64,000 nucleotides of DNA, taken from NCBI GenBank assembly GCA_047495785.1, contig JBLDXI010000054.1:806001-870000 (forward strand). Direction: 5' to 3'. A program made the position numbers and the translations under genes. The stretch is from Lepidodermella squamata (Eukaryota; Animalia; Gastrotricha). Below are positions 35,918 to 49,198 of the stretch, one piece after another (position 1 is the first letter of the stretch; each line of letters starts with the position of its first letter). Under the pieces are notes generated by a model. The model saw only the letters and a program-made list of their open reading frames with translations. It did not search any database and had not been told where the DNA came from.

Positions 35918-36718
35918 ATGATTATTACGATTTTTGGCGCATTAGCGTTCATCGCTAGCTCTGCCATCGCCTGCCCAGCGTCGTCAACTACAGCTGGTAC
36001 GAATTGCGCTACGGGTGTTTGCCCAGCGAACACAGCATGCTATGCGCCTAGCACTTGTGCATTGGGGACTCAGACTTGTCAAACGCCGATCGTGAGTCGT
36101 AATAATGAAATATCTTGTGCAATTTGTTAAAGACTTGACCTCCTAGACATCCTATGTAGGCTGCACTGTAGCGACAGTGGGCGTTGCAACTGCAACCCTC
36201 AAGTACTGCACCCGAACTGGCTCATGTTCCTTGGGCGGTACCGCAATCACTAGCCCGGCGCCAGTTTCAGGCACAACCTTCGACCTTTGTTGCTCAGCTC
36301 TTGGCGGAACCTCGTCGACAACGGTATATGACACGTTGAAGTACAACGGCACAAGCACATACGTTTCGTACTGCGGTGTTGTTTCTGGCGATGCGGTGCC
36401 TTTCAAAGTATGTGGTGCTACTGCTGGCTCTGCATTTTGCCTGAGATTCCCAGCAAGCTGTGAAACAAGTACTGGTCCGTCCGGTACGGTATCTTCTACC
36501 ACCGTGCGTTTTGATCAACACCCGAATGGCTTTTAGTATAACAATTGTGGTTTTATTCACAGGCAGATATTCTTCCAACCACCGCTTTTAATGCCGCTAG
36601 CTATGCTGCATGCTGCTCCCTCCTTGTCTCCGGATCCAATGGAGTCCAGTTTGCTAATTCGGCTACCACGGCCACAACTGGAGCATTTGCAGTTGAGAAA
36701 TGTACAAGAGGAGCATAA
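35918..36718 (+). CDS. Secreted Cys/Thr/Ala/Ser-rich protein, paralogue B (228 aa, 18 Cys); exons 35918-36091, 36147-36503, 36563-36718
   Basis: Signal peptide MIITIFGALAFIASSAIA|CP; intron positions and phases match paralogue A; motifs KYC, FDLCC, DAVPFKVC, CLRFPASC, YAACC, AFAVEKC. Confidence 0.9.
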
Positions 36719-37243
36719 AAGGGAACACTTCGAATGTGTGGCATCAGTGCGTAATGCCAATATTGAGCTTTACTGAAAAATAATACTGGCATTACTTTTA
36801 GCTATCTATCTCTGTAGGAATAACTCGTATCATTGTTAGGATTGACTTCATATGGATAAATAAATAAGGGCTAGTTACGATCATTTTTCGATTTAATGGC
36901 TATTGGCGTGAAAAATTGCTGTTGAATGATTTACAACAGTTCAAACTGCAGCTCTCAAACTGTGAAAATTTCTTCACATGTAATACGAATATTTCGGAAG
37001 ATTTTCGGAATTTCTTCGGAAAAAGTATGTGAGCCGCTAGTATCTTGCGAAGAATGAAGCGGGCTATGAGGGCTATGAGGGTTTGGCTTGCGTTTTAGTT
37101 TTTTTTTAACTTGGGTGGAATTAGTTGGTTTTAATAGTTTTGGGCAGTAGTACCGTAAAACTACCGTAGCAATCGCACCCTGACAGATTTTACTGAACTG
37201 CTATTGAGCTCTTGAATCGTCAATGACAGTGATTACGCGGTAG

Positions 37244-37518
37244 CATAGAGAACGAAGCGCTTTTCGCGATTATAAAGATAAAAAAGTGGCTCATTTTTCT
37301 ACCAATGGGCATCGAAATCCAAGAGAGTGAAAATTATTTATGGCTTAATGAAAATGTCAAAAAAACGCCGATCAAAACAATGGGGATTTTCTCGGTGCAA
37401 ATAATACTAGTTTTGCATTTTTTTAAGGCGCACTTTTTGAAAATTAATTAAAATTAATTCGTTGCCATTACGTATGTGCAAGTGTTCAGTGTTCCTTCTG
37501 ATCACTTCGTTCTCTATG
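37244..37518. mobile_element. MITE with 8-bp TSD (hAT/P-like)
   Basis: TIR CATAGAGAACGAAG...CTTCGTTCTCTATG; TSD CGCGGTAG at 37236-43 and 37519-26. Confidence 0.88.
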
Positions 37519-38295
37519 CGCGGTAGAAACTCGATACGATGGTTCAACCTGGCGACTCCATAAAATTCCACCCCAACTGTTAATCGTCATTTCGTAAGTG
37601 AAGTGCCAACTCAATTCGCAAAGTTCAAGAAGTCAAGGTTTAGCTATAATCACCGCGGCGATGCTTTATCAAGTCAAAGTAAACTAAATCTTAGCAGAAC
37701 AGAACCAGTGAATCGGCAATTTTCTGAAGTTTGAAATCTGATTGGCGGGTCCTAAAACGCGCACTCTTGGCATTATTTCTTTACAAGAGACGATTATCAA
37801 TTATCGTGATGTTTGCTTTTTGGTCGAGTGCTTTGAAGGCAGGGTTGTGGCGTAATGAACAAAGCGTCTGACCTAGGATCAGCAGTTCGACGCATCCCGA
37901 CTATATATGCATTTTTCAAAGTTTCTTATTGAGCGTAAAGTGTGAACAATGAACAGACAAGACGCGTTCCATCCGTATAGCATTCCCGTTACCGTGAGAG
38001 CAGAGAGCATCGTTCAAGTTTCGCAGCCCGGAAATTAATTTGTCCAACTCTCCATTCGGCAGTTCGCCCGCACCATTTCGGAACCTCTGTTCGGCTTTTC
38101 GTACGATAATTGGAGAACACGAGTCTCACATCATCGTTAATTATTTTTTGGTAATTCAAAAAAGGAAACTCTCATCAATCATTTTTCTTTCAGAAAACAT
38201 AAAGCAAATTCCAGGGGAAAATATATAGGGAGCAGCCCACCTATCAGCCCTCTCCCGGTCCCCTTACAACCGCGTAAGCGAACGCGGAGCGTGTT

Positions 38296-38367
38296 GGCCA
38301 TGGTGGCTCAAAGGTTATAGCCGTGCCTTCTCAGAAAGGCTACTCGGGTTCAATCCCCGGGTACGAC
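38296..38367 (+). mobile_element. tRNA-derived SINE-like head (not a functional tRNA)
   Basis: A-box TGGCTCAAAGG and B-box GGTTCAATCC at tRNA spacing; no convincing acceptor stem. Confidence 0.5.
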
Positions 38368-39693
38368 ACTATTCGAGCACTTGTGTAGCGCGTTAGCAGC
38401 GGTAAGGCTAAACTATAAATATAATAGATGAAATCAAACCGGGTATCAAAATTAAAAAAAAAAACTGACTACAATTTCGAAATCGCCGCTAGATTCTGCT
38501 TAAAACTAGCGATCGAAACAGCTACGGGCATGATTAAAAATATATGGGTGATCCTAAGCTTATTTTCAAAACCGCTATAATTCCGAACCCATGTCTAAAA
38601 CTTTCGGCTGATTTCGCCGATGCTGAGACCATTAAGCCCACAGAAGATGGCATTTCATAAGCGGGCGCTTAAGAATGTCATGACACGGCTTCGACCATAA
38701 ACAACTCCACGGCTAAAGGCTCGGAACTCTCAAGAAATTATCTCAACCGTCGACACACCTTGAACAGCTTTCTTGCCGAGTTGTGTTGCACAGCGACGGA
38801 ATTAATGCAGACACGACGCGTTCCATCCGCAACGCATTGCGGTTTCTGTGAAAACAACAGTCACATTTTGCATGCCGGCTATTAATTTATAGAAATTTCT
38901 GCGAAAAGCGTAAACAAAGCACAGACACGGCGAGTTCCATCCGCAACTTATTCCCGTTTATGCGAGAGAAACGTTAACATAGTGACGCTGAAATTTCGTC
39001 TCAAGATGAAATCGAACAATACAACCGCCTGCAGAAATAGGTCTTTGAAGCTTAATTTCGGTATTCCACGAAGGCTTGGTACAGGCCTGCAAAACCTGGG
39101 AAATTTCCCGCTTATTTTGACCCATTTCAGCAAATTTTCCTGTGATTTACCTTAATTTTTGGAAAATTTCCCGCTGCGTGGCCGAATTTCACGCGCACCA
39201 GATGCGCCATTTTCTCATGTTTTGCAGCCCTGGCTTGGTAAATGAGGACGCAGTGGGCCAAAAATGACCCGGTTTGATCGCAAAATCGACAAGCTTTGAT
39301 TTTCAGATGTTTCATTGGACGCGATTTCTTAGACAATTCTTGGAGTTAACATATGCTCCGTTCTCATAAGACAATTTGATTCAGGTCTCCCTGTAATTCA
39401 AAACAGTCGGCGAGGTTTTGGTTAACCTTGTATAGCTTCGTATCATCTGAAAATAACTTCATAGTCGAATTCGGAATACACTGGTGCACAAAAAAACGAA
39501 AAGCCTTCTGTTTTATCCTTAGACCTCAGTACTTCGCACACTGGACATGGGCACAATATCAAATGGTGCTTGTGAACCGTTCGAGCGTCGAGCATGAAGA
39601 CTTGCGACTTCACAGGTGGCAACGCGGAGAGCCGAACTCTCTCGAGTGGCAGTTCAAAGCGGACGACGTTGTCACGCCGGCTCTGGATGGCTT

Positions 39694-40401
39694 CATTATG
39701 CTTCCGTATTGCAGGATCAAAGTCCACGTTGTCACGTGGTATGAATAGCTAGTTCTGAGGCATTATTTTTTTCGTTGCTTCGTCGTTTCGTCGTTTCGTC
39801 ACTTCGTCATCTTTTACAAAAAAAACTGACGAAAGAAAAAAAATGGGGAAAAAGGAGGATTCGAACCCGGAACCATTGGGTTATGACCAGTGATCCGACT
39901 AGGTCCAGCTCTGAGGGGGGTAAATAGAGCCATTTGAGCCCAAAATTAGCAAATCAACAGGGGGGACCCTTACGTTTTTCAGAAATTTTCGAACGCCAGG
40001 GGGGTTTGTTTACCCCCTTCCCCCCCCCCCCCCCCGTACTCGGAGCACTGGTTATGACGCACAAGGCGAAACCACTGAGCAATAGTGCTGGGTCATAGTA
40101 GTCATCTTCGTTCGGCATTTTTATATACTAAACAAACGCTACACTTAAGCGTTTTTTGCCGGTTGTAGATAGAAAGCCTCCTATTGTATAGTGGCTCGAA
40201 TCCATGGTTCTGATCCTTAAGGTTCCGGGTTCGAATCCTCCTTTTTCCCCATTTTTTTACTTTCGTCAGTTTTTTTTGTAAAAGATGACGAAGTGACGAA
40301 ACGACGAAACGACGAAGCAACGAAAAAAATAATGCCTCAGAACTAGCTATTCATACCACGTGACAACGTGGACTTTGATCCTGCAATACGGAAGCATAAT
40401 G
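39694..40401. mobile_element. Foldback element with ~180-bp near-perfect inverted arms containing two divergent tRNA-like units
   Basis: 39694-39874 is the reverse complement of 40221-40401 (about one mismatch); it interrupts a sequence that is continuous in the homologous block at 50360-50410. Confidence 0.88.
39888..40050. mobile_element. hAT-type MITE, family B, nested in the foldback element
   Basis: TIR CAGTG(A/C)TCCGA; 8-bp TSD GTTATGAC at 39880-87 and 40051-58; sister copy at 52048-52200. Confidence 0.92.
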
Positions 40402-41623
40402 TTGGAAATTAGACATATGAGACTAGACAAACGAGACAGCGCACTAACGCGAGCACTATTATCGAGACGGACATGCAGAATAGCTCGCAGACTTATGGAA
40501 CTTTTAGAGTTTTTTTGAAGCACGTCAAAAGATGGCGGAGTTGAGTCTTCGCGGCAGACGCAAAGTAATAAAAAAACACCATAAGAGGCAACGGAACGAA
40601 AGAGGGCCAGTCAAATTAGCGGTACGGCGCAATCGGAAAGACAGCCCTGGCTTGCAAACAACCCGTAAAGATTTAGCCCACAACGATAGAGCAAGCGATC
40701 GATGCGGGGCTAAATGAAAATTAAAAAGCACTGGTATTTTTCCAGCTGGTGGGGCCGGTGCCCCCCCTGGCCCTTAGTTACGCCCCTGCGGAGTTGAGTC
40801 TTCGCGGCAGACGCAAAGGAATAAAAAACGCCATAGGAGGCAACGAAAGAGGGTTAGTCAAATTAGCGGTACGGTGCAATCGGAAAGACAAGCCTGTCTG
40901 ACTAACACTCCAGCGGAACCCGTGAAGATTTTATCCGCAAAGCGATTGAGCAAGCATGGAGCAAGCGGTCAATACTGTGAACGCATTTATCAGCCTCTTC
41001 ATTCGTCTTGACATTTCCAAGAAAATAGAAAATAAGCCGCATGCAAGGGCGACTTTTTTAGGTTCATGAATGATCGAATATTGTTTGCCGTAGTTTTCAG
41101 TTCAGAGAAGACGAATTAGGGTCGCCCCATTGTTTGCCCGTTTTTCAAAATGGTACATAAGTAATCGCCGTGGCAGTTATTGACGATTACGGCAATTTTA
41201 AACGCGTTCTGTCTGCGACGCATTACCGTTGCTTTTCGAGCTACTTTCACGCTTCTCTTTGAGAGCGTAAACAATGAGCTGACACGACGCGTTTTGTCTG
41301 CGCCACACTCACGTTTCCGTCAAAGCGTGAGGCGTGAAAAACGAACACGGGCATTCTCTCCGATGTGCATTCATGGTAGCCATTTTCACGAGAGTTTGCG
41401 AGTTAATCGCCGTGGCGATGCTTTGCAAGTCAAATTGAAATAAGTCAAGTTGTTTACAAACACGCACTGATGGCATTATTTCTATTTAAGAGACGATAAT
41501 TATGATGTTTAATTTTTGGTCGAGAGATTTGAAGGCGTGGCTATTGCGCAATGCACAAAGCGCCTGACTAACGATCAGAAGTTCGACGCATCCCGACCAT
41601 GAATTTTTCAAAATTTCTTATTA

Positions 41624-42070
41624 CCGTATTTTACGAATTATTAGACACGACCCAAATATAGGGCAGAACCGGAATAAAGGGCAGAGGGTAATGGTCATTT
41701 GAAATAATGAAGGGCAGAACCGTATTAATATGCAGGGCCTTGTATGAAGTAGCTTACATGAGCGCCTGCTGGGTAAGTGTTTAAGTTGTATAGGTTGCGA
41801 TTTTTCGTCAGTAAGTGCACTAATCTCCTTTGTCCACCTTAATACACCTGAGCAAACACTTCACGCGTGTAGTCACTGGTGGAAAGTAGTAGCTATAGCG
41901 ATTATTCGGCGGTTTTAACTATTGACCTAGGTACTCTTCAGGTGACTGCGATTAGGTTCGAAAAATTAGAGGGCAGAACCGAAATAAAGGGCAGACCCTA
42001 AACAGAAGGCAGGACTTGAACCTCGTTTGAAAAAAATACAGGGCAGGGTCTTATAATTCGTAAAATACGG
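41624..42070. mobile_element. Tc1/mariner (Tc2/pogo-like) MITE
   Basis: TA|CCGTATTTTACGAATTAT...ATAATTCGTAAAATACGG|TA; internal AGGGCAGA repeats; empty-site homologue at ~37925. Confidence 0.9.
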
Positions 42071-43494
42071 TAAGCGTAAAGTGTGGACAATGAACAGTGA
42101 ACAGACACGACGCGTTCCATCCGTAACGCATTCCCGTTACCGTGGGAGCATCGTTAAAGTTTCGCAGCTCGGCAATTAATTTGTCCAACTCTCCATTCGG
42201 CAGTTCTTCCGCCTTCCGCAGCAGTTCGGAACCTCTGTTCTGCTTTTCGCACGATAACACGAGTCACGAGTCTTAATTATTTTTCAGTAATTCAAAAAGG
42301 AATTTGTCATCTTTCCTTTTCATTCTCATCAATTATTAAAATATGTGAGTTGACCTAAACTAATTATCAAAACCACTCGTAGAATTCCGAACCCATCTCT
42401 AAAATGTTCGGCTGCTTTCGCCGATGCCGAGACCCCAAAGATGGCATTTTATAAGCGGGCACAGCTAGCCCGCTTCGACCGTAAACACCTCCACGGCTAG
42501 AGGCTCGGAACTCTCAAGCAATGATTTCAACTTACGATACAGCTTGCACAGCTTTCTTGCCGAGTTGAGCTGCACAGCGACGGAATAGATGCATAGACAC
42601 GACGCGTTCCATCCGCAACACATTACGGTTTCTGTGAAAACAACATTCACATTTTGCATGCCGGCAATCATCGAAAACGAAGTGATCTATGCCAGCAATG
42701 AATATTTAGAAATTTCGATAGTCAGTAAAATTCGATTTCACACCTTTGTTCGATAAAAACCCCTATGTTCGCCGTTGTTGTGCAGCGCAGATGCCGGACT
42801 GGGCAGGTGAGCGGCACGGTTCAATCGGAAAGACAGACCTGGCTGACCTACCACCTGACCCACAACGAACATAATTTGAATATACAGAATTCCCAGTATT
42901 CGAATAAGGGCAGCCACTTGCGGAATCATCCCCGAATTCGAGCCTCGCTACGGGGGCACGACGGAAAAATGCAAAAACTCACTCTCGGCGCTAAATTGCT
43001 GAAGCCACTGACTAGCCCAAACGGCGACGCGGTCCATCTGCGCGGAACCTAGCGTCGGTGCTCGGTGCTGACAACATCAACAAATCGTCGGCAATAATCG
43101 CATCCAACTCACTGTCATGAGGATCACGGGCATATACCTGGTTTTCCTTGTTTTGCCTCATGTACCTTGTTTTTGCCTCTCATTCACTTCATTCACGTTA
43201 AAATACCGGTTTTTACTTGTCGCCTAGCACCTTTATTTAAGCCTAAACCTGAGTTATTCAACGACGCTAACGACATTTTGTACAGCCGCCCGAGGTGAAC
43301 CTGCAGGGGAGCGCCGCCCTTTTACTAGGAAAAAAACCGAATTGGCTTTTCGCTATCAGATTATTTCTGTTGAGATTGTTCTTCTATTTAATAGATTGTC
43401 CTTCACCGTAATTTCATGAATTTGGAATTTCTGAATTTCTGGTAAGGCAGGTGACTGGTCTGTAATTCCCCGCCGACAAAATATTGCATGGATG

Positions 43495-43875
43495 CAGTGT
43501 TTTTTTAAGGGGTTTACAGGGTTTACAATGTAAACACCGGAAATAGGTGATGTAAACACCGAAATCCAAAACCTGCCCGTGCCTTTTATGCACCTTGGTC
43601 TGGAAACTTGCTAACTCTCTCATCTCATGCATTTTCAACGTTAAAATTATCCTAAAATACCTGTAAAATGCTAACAGCATAAAATCGAAATTTAAGCTCG
43701 CTTCGCTCGCAAATTCTGCCGCTGCTTCTAATAGTTGTAGATAGAAGGCAATGCTGTTTTCGGTATACATTTCCCGCAATTTTATACCGAAAAATTCCGG
43801 TACATATAAGGCGGATAGGTGTAAACACCGAACTGTTTTGGGTAAACACCGAACTTTTCCTTAAAAAAAACACTG
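43495..43875. mobile_element. MITE with 7-bp TSD and GTAAACACCG subterminal repeats
   Basis: TIR CAGTGT(n)AAGG...CCTTA(n)CACTG; ATGGATG at 43488-94 and 43876-82. Confidence 0.8.
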
Positions 43876-43962
43876 ATGGATGGCTGGAAAACATGGATCG
43901 CACTCATTTTAGAGATAGATGCTACATTTGTGCTTCGATGGCCAGACAACCGCAGTCACAGG

Positions 43963-44297
43963 CGAAACGAAACGAACGAAAAGCTTTTTATTGTGTCATT
44001 TTTTCCAACAAATTACTCAGGCCTAACGAAAAGGAAGGGAAGAAAAAAAGGCGCGGGCACAAGACGACAAGGCGCTTGTCCGGGACAGTGCGCCACTCAT
44101 AACATCGGACGGGCACACACTGAAGTTATCACAAGGAGCGGAAGTATCAGACACAGTAAAAGACAGTATAAGACAGAAGACTAGTGACTAGTGGTAAGAA
44201 AGCAGAGACATAAAGTAGGGGACGGAAGGAGAGGAGACAAGGAAATAAGCAGGAAGGGAAGAAGACATAGGAGGGAGACTAACATTGGGGGGCAGCT
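43963..44297 (+). mobile_element. Probable LTR fragment
   Basis: Absent from the homologous block at 51330-51345; purine-rich, ends ...CTAACA followed by PBS-like TTGGGGGCAGC. Confidence 0.4.
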
Positions 44298-44899
44298 AGG
44301 TTGAAAATATTGACAGTTGACAGTAAATCTCTCTGAAAAGTTACGATTTAATCGCGGTTATCATTGCAGATAATAATGAACAGACAAGACGCGTTCTGTC
44401 TTTTACGCAAACGTTTCGTTACCAGGCAATGCATTCTCTGAAAAAATGTTTAGAACGTAAACAATGAAAAGACTCGACGTATTCTGCTTGCAAAGCATTC
44501 CCATTCTGTATCCTGACAATTCCTTTTCCTGAAAGAGCAAAGCCAACAGCGCGACCAAGACGCTACAAAGACGCACGACGCAATTTTGTCTTTTAGGTAA
44601 AAGGTAGACATCCGGTACACTTTCGACTTATTTCTCATGCACATTTCCCTCACTCGCACTTTGTGCCCCCAAAGAACGCATGGGCCCCTGCTCCTTGTGC
44701 CACGACTACTGGCAATAAAAGCGATAAGTGCCTCTTCCCACTGTAGATTCGAGAACGTGGGCTCCATGACGTTAGCCACCGACAACCCAGCTGGCATCAG
44801 ATCGGCAACGATTGCTTAGAATTGTTGATTGTTGAATGTGGGTGTTCGTCAGAATGTTTCCCCTGAAAGTTGGCGGATTTACTGGACCGACAAAGACGA

Positions 44900-45190
44900 T
44901 CAAGACGCTTCAAACGGCTTAGATGCCATCAAAGATCTCAATTCTCCCCTTAGTGCTCGTGTTTCGGCTTTCCGTTTTTGGCGAACCTCACAACCTTGAC
45001 AATACCCACGAACGTCCGGTGGTATTAAAGGCGTCCAGTAATGTTCCCGAATTTTCGTGATTGCTAAATTAGTGCCGAATTGGCCACCTGAGGGTCCGTC
45101 GTGGTTCTGAAAAATTGGGGCCGGTTCAAAGCATAAGCTTGGAAGGTCTTTACAATGCATTGCCCAGAAGAAGAATGAACGCCTATCCAC
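44900..45190 (-). mobile_element. Gypsy/Ty3 integrase zinc-binding region, degenerate fragment
   Basis: HDGPSGGQFG...KIREHYW..LIPPDVRGYCQGCEVRQKRK...GELRSL..SKPFE matches the H2C2 integrase pattern, with the second His and last Cys mutated. Confidence 0.85.
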
Positions 45191-45238
45191 GATAAAATTT
45201 TATAATCTTATAATATCAGGCTAATAAAAAAGAAACTA

Positions 45239-45412
45239 CAGTGGAAACCCCCATTTCCCGTCTTCTGCGGTTCTACGAAAATCCTGACGGGAAATCAAAA
45301 TTGACGGGAAATCTAGGTAGTTTTGCGTGTGATTGCCCTCTGCGGGTCCAAGTCGCTCGTAAATATTTACATGTCGCGATTTCCCGTCAGACGGGAAATC
45401 GGGGTTCCACTG
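45239..45412. mobile_element. pogo/Tigger-like MITE
   Basis: TA|CAGTGGAA(A)CCCC..TTTCCCGTC ... GACGGGAAATCGGGGTTCCACTG|TA; internal GACGGGAAAT repeats. Confidence 0.88.
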
Positions 45413-48400
45413 TAAAATGTTCATAAATGCTGTTTACATCAGCAACGGTTTTGTTCTTTAGTTGGGTCGATTCTGTATATTGCGCTGAACAAAGCCTGCG
45501 CGAATTGACAGAAATCCATGCTAAAACAAGAGCTTAGCATTTTCACGCGGCGCCTCAGCATGTTGTAGTTTTATTATTATAGGCCCTCCGCCTTTTGACG
45601 CTATAGGCACATGTGTTAGCAAGATTTCAGAAATAACTCGCCCCCATGCTAATCAGGGCTCTAGTCGAAAACGCATGAATCAAGATCATAGGTGTTTTTT
45701 ATAGTCGTTACTGTAATATACATATATACATATACATATATTTGTTTGCCGGTTTTTTATATTGGTTTGAATATAAAAGTAGAAAATTGTTGATTCGTCG
45801 GTCAACCTTCGCGACTATGACGGGCAAGGCCTGGAATAAGAAATCAAAGAGGCTCATTTAAGGGTACTTACGTTCCAGGTTCGGGAAGGCTTAGGGCTTA
45901 GGGCTCCTGCACAGGGGGTCTCTGGACCTAAAGGATCAACAGGGGAACACAACAAGAAAACAAGGCAGTAAAGGCTATCGAGGGTTGAAGACCTCTGTGA
46001 TTCTCCTTTCTCTTATTCTGCGCCTGTGAAGGGACGACATTGCGACGTAGGTGCCAGACTGGGCAGTGCAGGTCGAGCATCCGCTTGCCGAAGGCATCAG
46101 GCTGCTGACTGGCGATATACTGCAAGAAGTACTCTTTCATGCCGTTGCGCGTTGCGCCTTATCTTGGAATATCTTGGTCCCCCGTTGTCAAATGCATCAG
46201 AGCACTCATTAACTAGTCAACTCATTTGAAATGGCTCATCAACGAAATCTCAAGATGACAGAATGACAGATTAACCGTCTGGTCTTGTTTATTTATTCTT
46301 TTATTTTCATCACTCCCGCAGCACTTCTTCGATTCAATTCAACGCGGATAGAAATTTCCAGTCCATAATCCGATGGTCTCGTATTTTCAGCTCAAAGGCC
46401 GCACCTCAATTATCACCGCATTGTTCGCCAGTTTTTCAAATGCTACATATATAAGTAATCGCCGTTGCAGTTATTGACGATTACGGCAATTTCATACGCG
46501 TTCTGTCTGCGACGCATTACCGTTGCTTTGCGAGCTACTTTCACGCTTCTCTTTGAGAGCGTAAACAATGAGCTGACACGACGCGTTTCGTCTGCGCCAG
46601 ACTTACGTTTCCGTTAAAGCGTGAGGCGTGAAAAACGAACACGGGCATTCTCTCCGATGGGCATTCCTGTTTCTTTGAAATCAACGTTTCGCATCGAATG
46701 ACACCAATGACACCAGTTTCAACTTGTCCATCCCTGGCAACTCTGGGATGCAATGTCGCTCTCTAAATGACACGTTTGAAAATGCGTTTGAAAAAGAGAA
46801 TAAATAAGCAATAAATTTTCCCGTGTTCTGTCTGCAACGCATTCCCGTTTCTTCGAGAGCAGAAATAAGGTTCCTCGCGCTCATATTTTAAAAATTAACA
46901 GTCTGAAACTATATGATTAAGCTCAGTAAATGTCATGATGATGGATTTTCAAAGTTTCGCAGCCCGGCAATTAATCTGTCCAACTCTTCATTACCACTGT
47001 CGACCTGTGGCCTTTGACAGTTGACGGGGAACTCCGTGACTTTCTCGAACGCGTGGGCACGTGTGACCTTGAACATGCCTAACCTAAGACCTAAGTAAAT
47101 TTTCGTGCACATCCTTGACTTGCTATTTCGTAACTCTATGCCAAGAAAAGGTTGAAAAATGAGTGTCGTGTTCAATTGTTTTCTTCGAGTAAAACACAAC
47201 ATGTTCACCATCATTTTTATTTGGATACCATGTGATGTAATGCACAACCACAGTTTCACGGAAACGATTTCATCGGTCAAAAATGCTCCAAATCGAATCA
47301 AACCAGGTATCAGAATAACCCATAGAGAAAACTATTAATTCGAGTCACTATGTATTTTGTCTCAGATTCCGACGTAGATGGTCTCGCTGTCGTATTTACC
47401 ATCGATAGGCGCATTCGCGAGCTCGCAAGTTTGACAGTCCATTTCCGCTCCTGATCCAAAAGGATTGCTTTCAGCATGTCGCTGAACTCGGCAGTCATTA
47501 GCACGTGATGACTCCAAGCAGTCTCACGGCTATTGCGCAGAAATTAGCCCATATGAGTTCAAAGTTTTTGAATTACCTGTGACCTGAACCTTTGTTGAAC
47601 TTCAAATGGCATTTGGCAACTACGGCAGCAATCCCAACCACAGATTCGGATTCTGCGCGTGATTCTGTGTCCGGAAAAACCGATTGAGAAATCTACCGAC
47701 AGCAAAATAAAAGATCTGAGTGATCTCGAACTTTGAGTAAACCCGAAAAAAACCTGAGATTCCGTGGTTTCGGCCTCGCCAATCTCTCGCCAGTAATAAT
47801 CTAACCACAGATTCGGATTCTGGGCGTGATTCTGCGTCCGGGAAAGCTGATTGGCGCATCGACTGGCAACATAACCAGAGCGGCAGCCTACGGTTAGGAA
47901 CCGTCGTTTGCCCGGCGTCGGCAACACTGCTTCCTTCCATCTAATTTTCGCGCCCGACCTTGAGAAAAATAATTGTTTTCATTATATAGTGGATAGATTA
48001 TATTGTATGTTTAAAGATTTCAATTTAATCCGGTGAGAAAAAACTCAGCAGCAGTACATCATGAAGTAGTTTAGCGTCGCCCATTTTTTATCCCAATCAA
48101 ATGCATGAAGATCCACCCTTGCTGAGTCACCACTCACCACCGGTTTTTTATTTTTATTTGTTGGTTCTGATACTGTTTTAAAGATAAATTCGTCACTATC
48201 GGGTATCGGGGTGAGAATCGTAAATTTCGAAATTCGGCACCATTCGGCAACATGTAAAAGTACGACGTGGCCGTTCGCAATTACGTGGGAATTATGAGGG
48301 AAAACGCTTTCGCGAGGGCGCTATTCGATATGCTGTTCTCGATCGAGGAAAAATCGAGGAACTATCGAAGACAATCAGCGGGAAAAAGCCGGGTGATGCT

Positions 48401-48779
48401 TCTAGTGGCGATACCGTCTGAACGAGGCGAAAGTGGTGGCAATTTGGCATGAGTTTTGTTGTTCCAATTTCAAATAATTGTTGATTGTTTTATTTTCAGA
48501 GCATGTTACCGAGAAGTGCAACATCCCACAGACCGATGGCGTAACGCATTGATCCATGCGTGACAGCGTCAGCAACGGGTGTGCAAAATACCTATGCGAA
48601 TGGACGATAAGAAGGGCTCACCTTTAGATTAGAAACGCAGCTACGCCCTATCGAATGAAGTCGCTCATCTGTTTTGTCTCAATATACACTCTTAGAAGTT
48701 CTCGAAATACAACAAATTTACAGCCAAAAAATTTTTTCTTTTAGATATCGAAGGTGATTTGGCGTGGGACTGCTTCCAA

Positions 48780-49198
48780 CATGAGACGTACCAGGACGCA
48801 CCGGCTTCGAAGCTCCCGTTATCCGGGTTTGCGTAAAAATTCACGTGACGTGTTTAGCATAAGTGTGCATAATGATTACTTCGATGGCAAATTGTTTATT
48901 GAATATAAAATAAATTTGCTATCGATAATAAAAATTAGGATTAAAAACAAAACAACCGATCTTTTCGCGACTCCGCAATTTCTTTAAGATCGAGATCTTC
49001 AGGCCACTGCAAAAAACTGATCTTTGCGTAAATAAGTGATTATCATGAATGAGCTTTTTTGCTGGTCGCAGAAAAAAAATAATGATCGCTGCTACATAAT
49101 GAGGTTATTTTTCGCCACAATCACCTTTGGAACTTATTAAAGAATAACACAAAAATCAGGCATCTAAATCGAGGCGCCGCGTCCTGGTACGTCGCATG
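48780..49198. mobile_element. hAT-like MITE
   Basis: TIR CATG(A/C)GACGTACCAGGACGC; degenerate 8-bp TSD GCTTCCAA/GTTTCCGA; a truncated copy of the left end lies at ~10429-10475. Confidence 0.75.

Noticed and set aside
34930-36718. Insect-type Thr/Cys antifreeze protein identity for the secreted family
   Set aside because: No regular 12-13-residue TCT periodicity; composition alone is insufficient.
38296-40241. Functional tRNA genes
   Set aside because: A/B boxes are present but acceptor and anticodon stems do not pair properly; treated as tRNA-derived.
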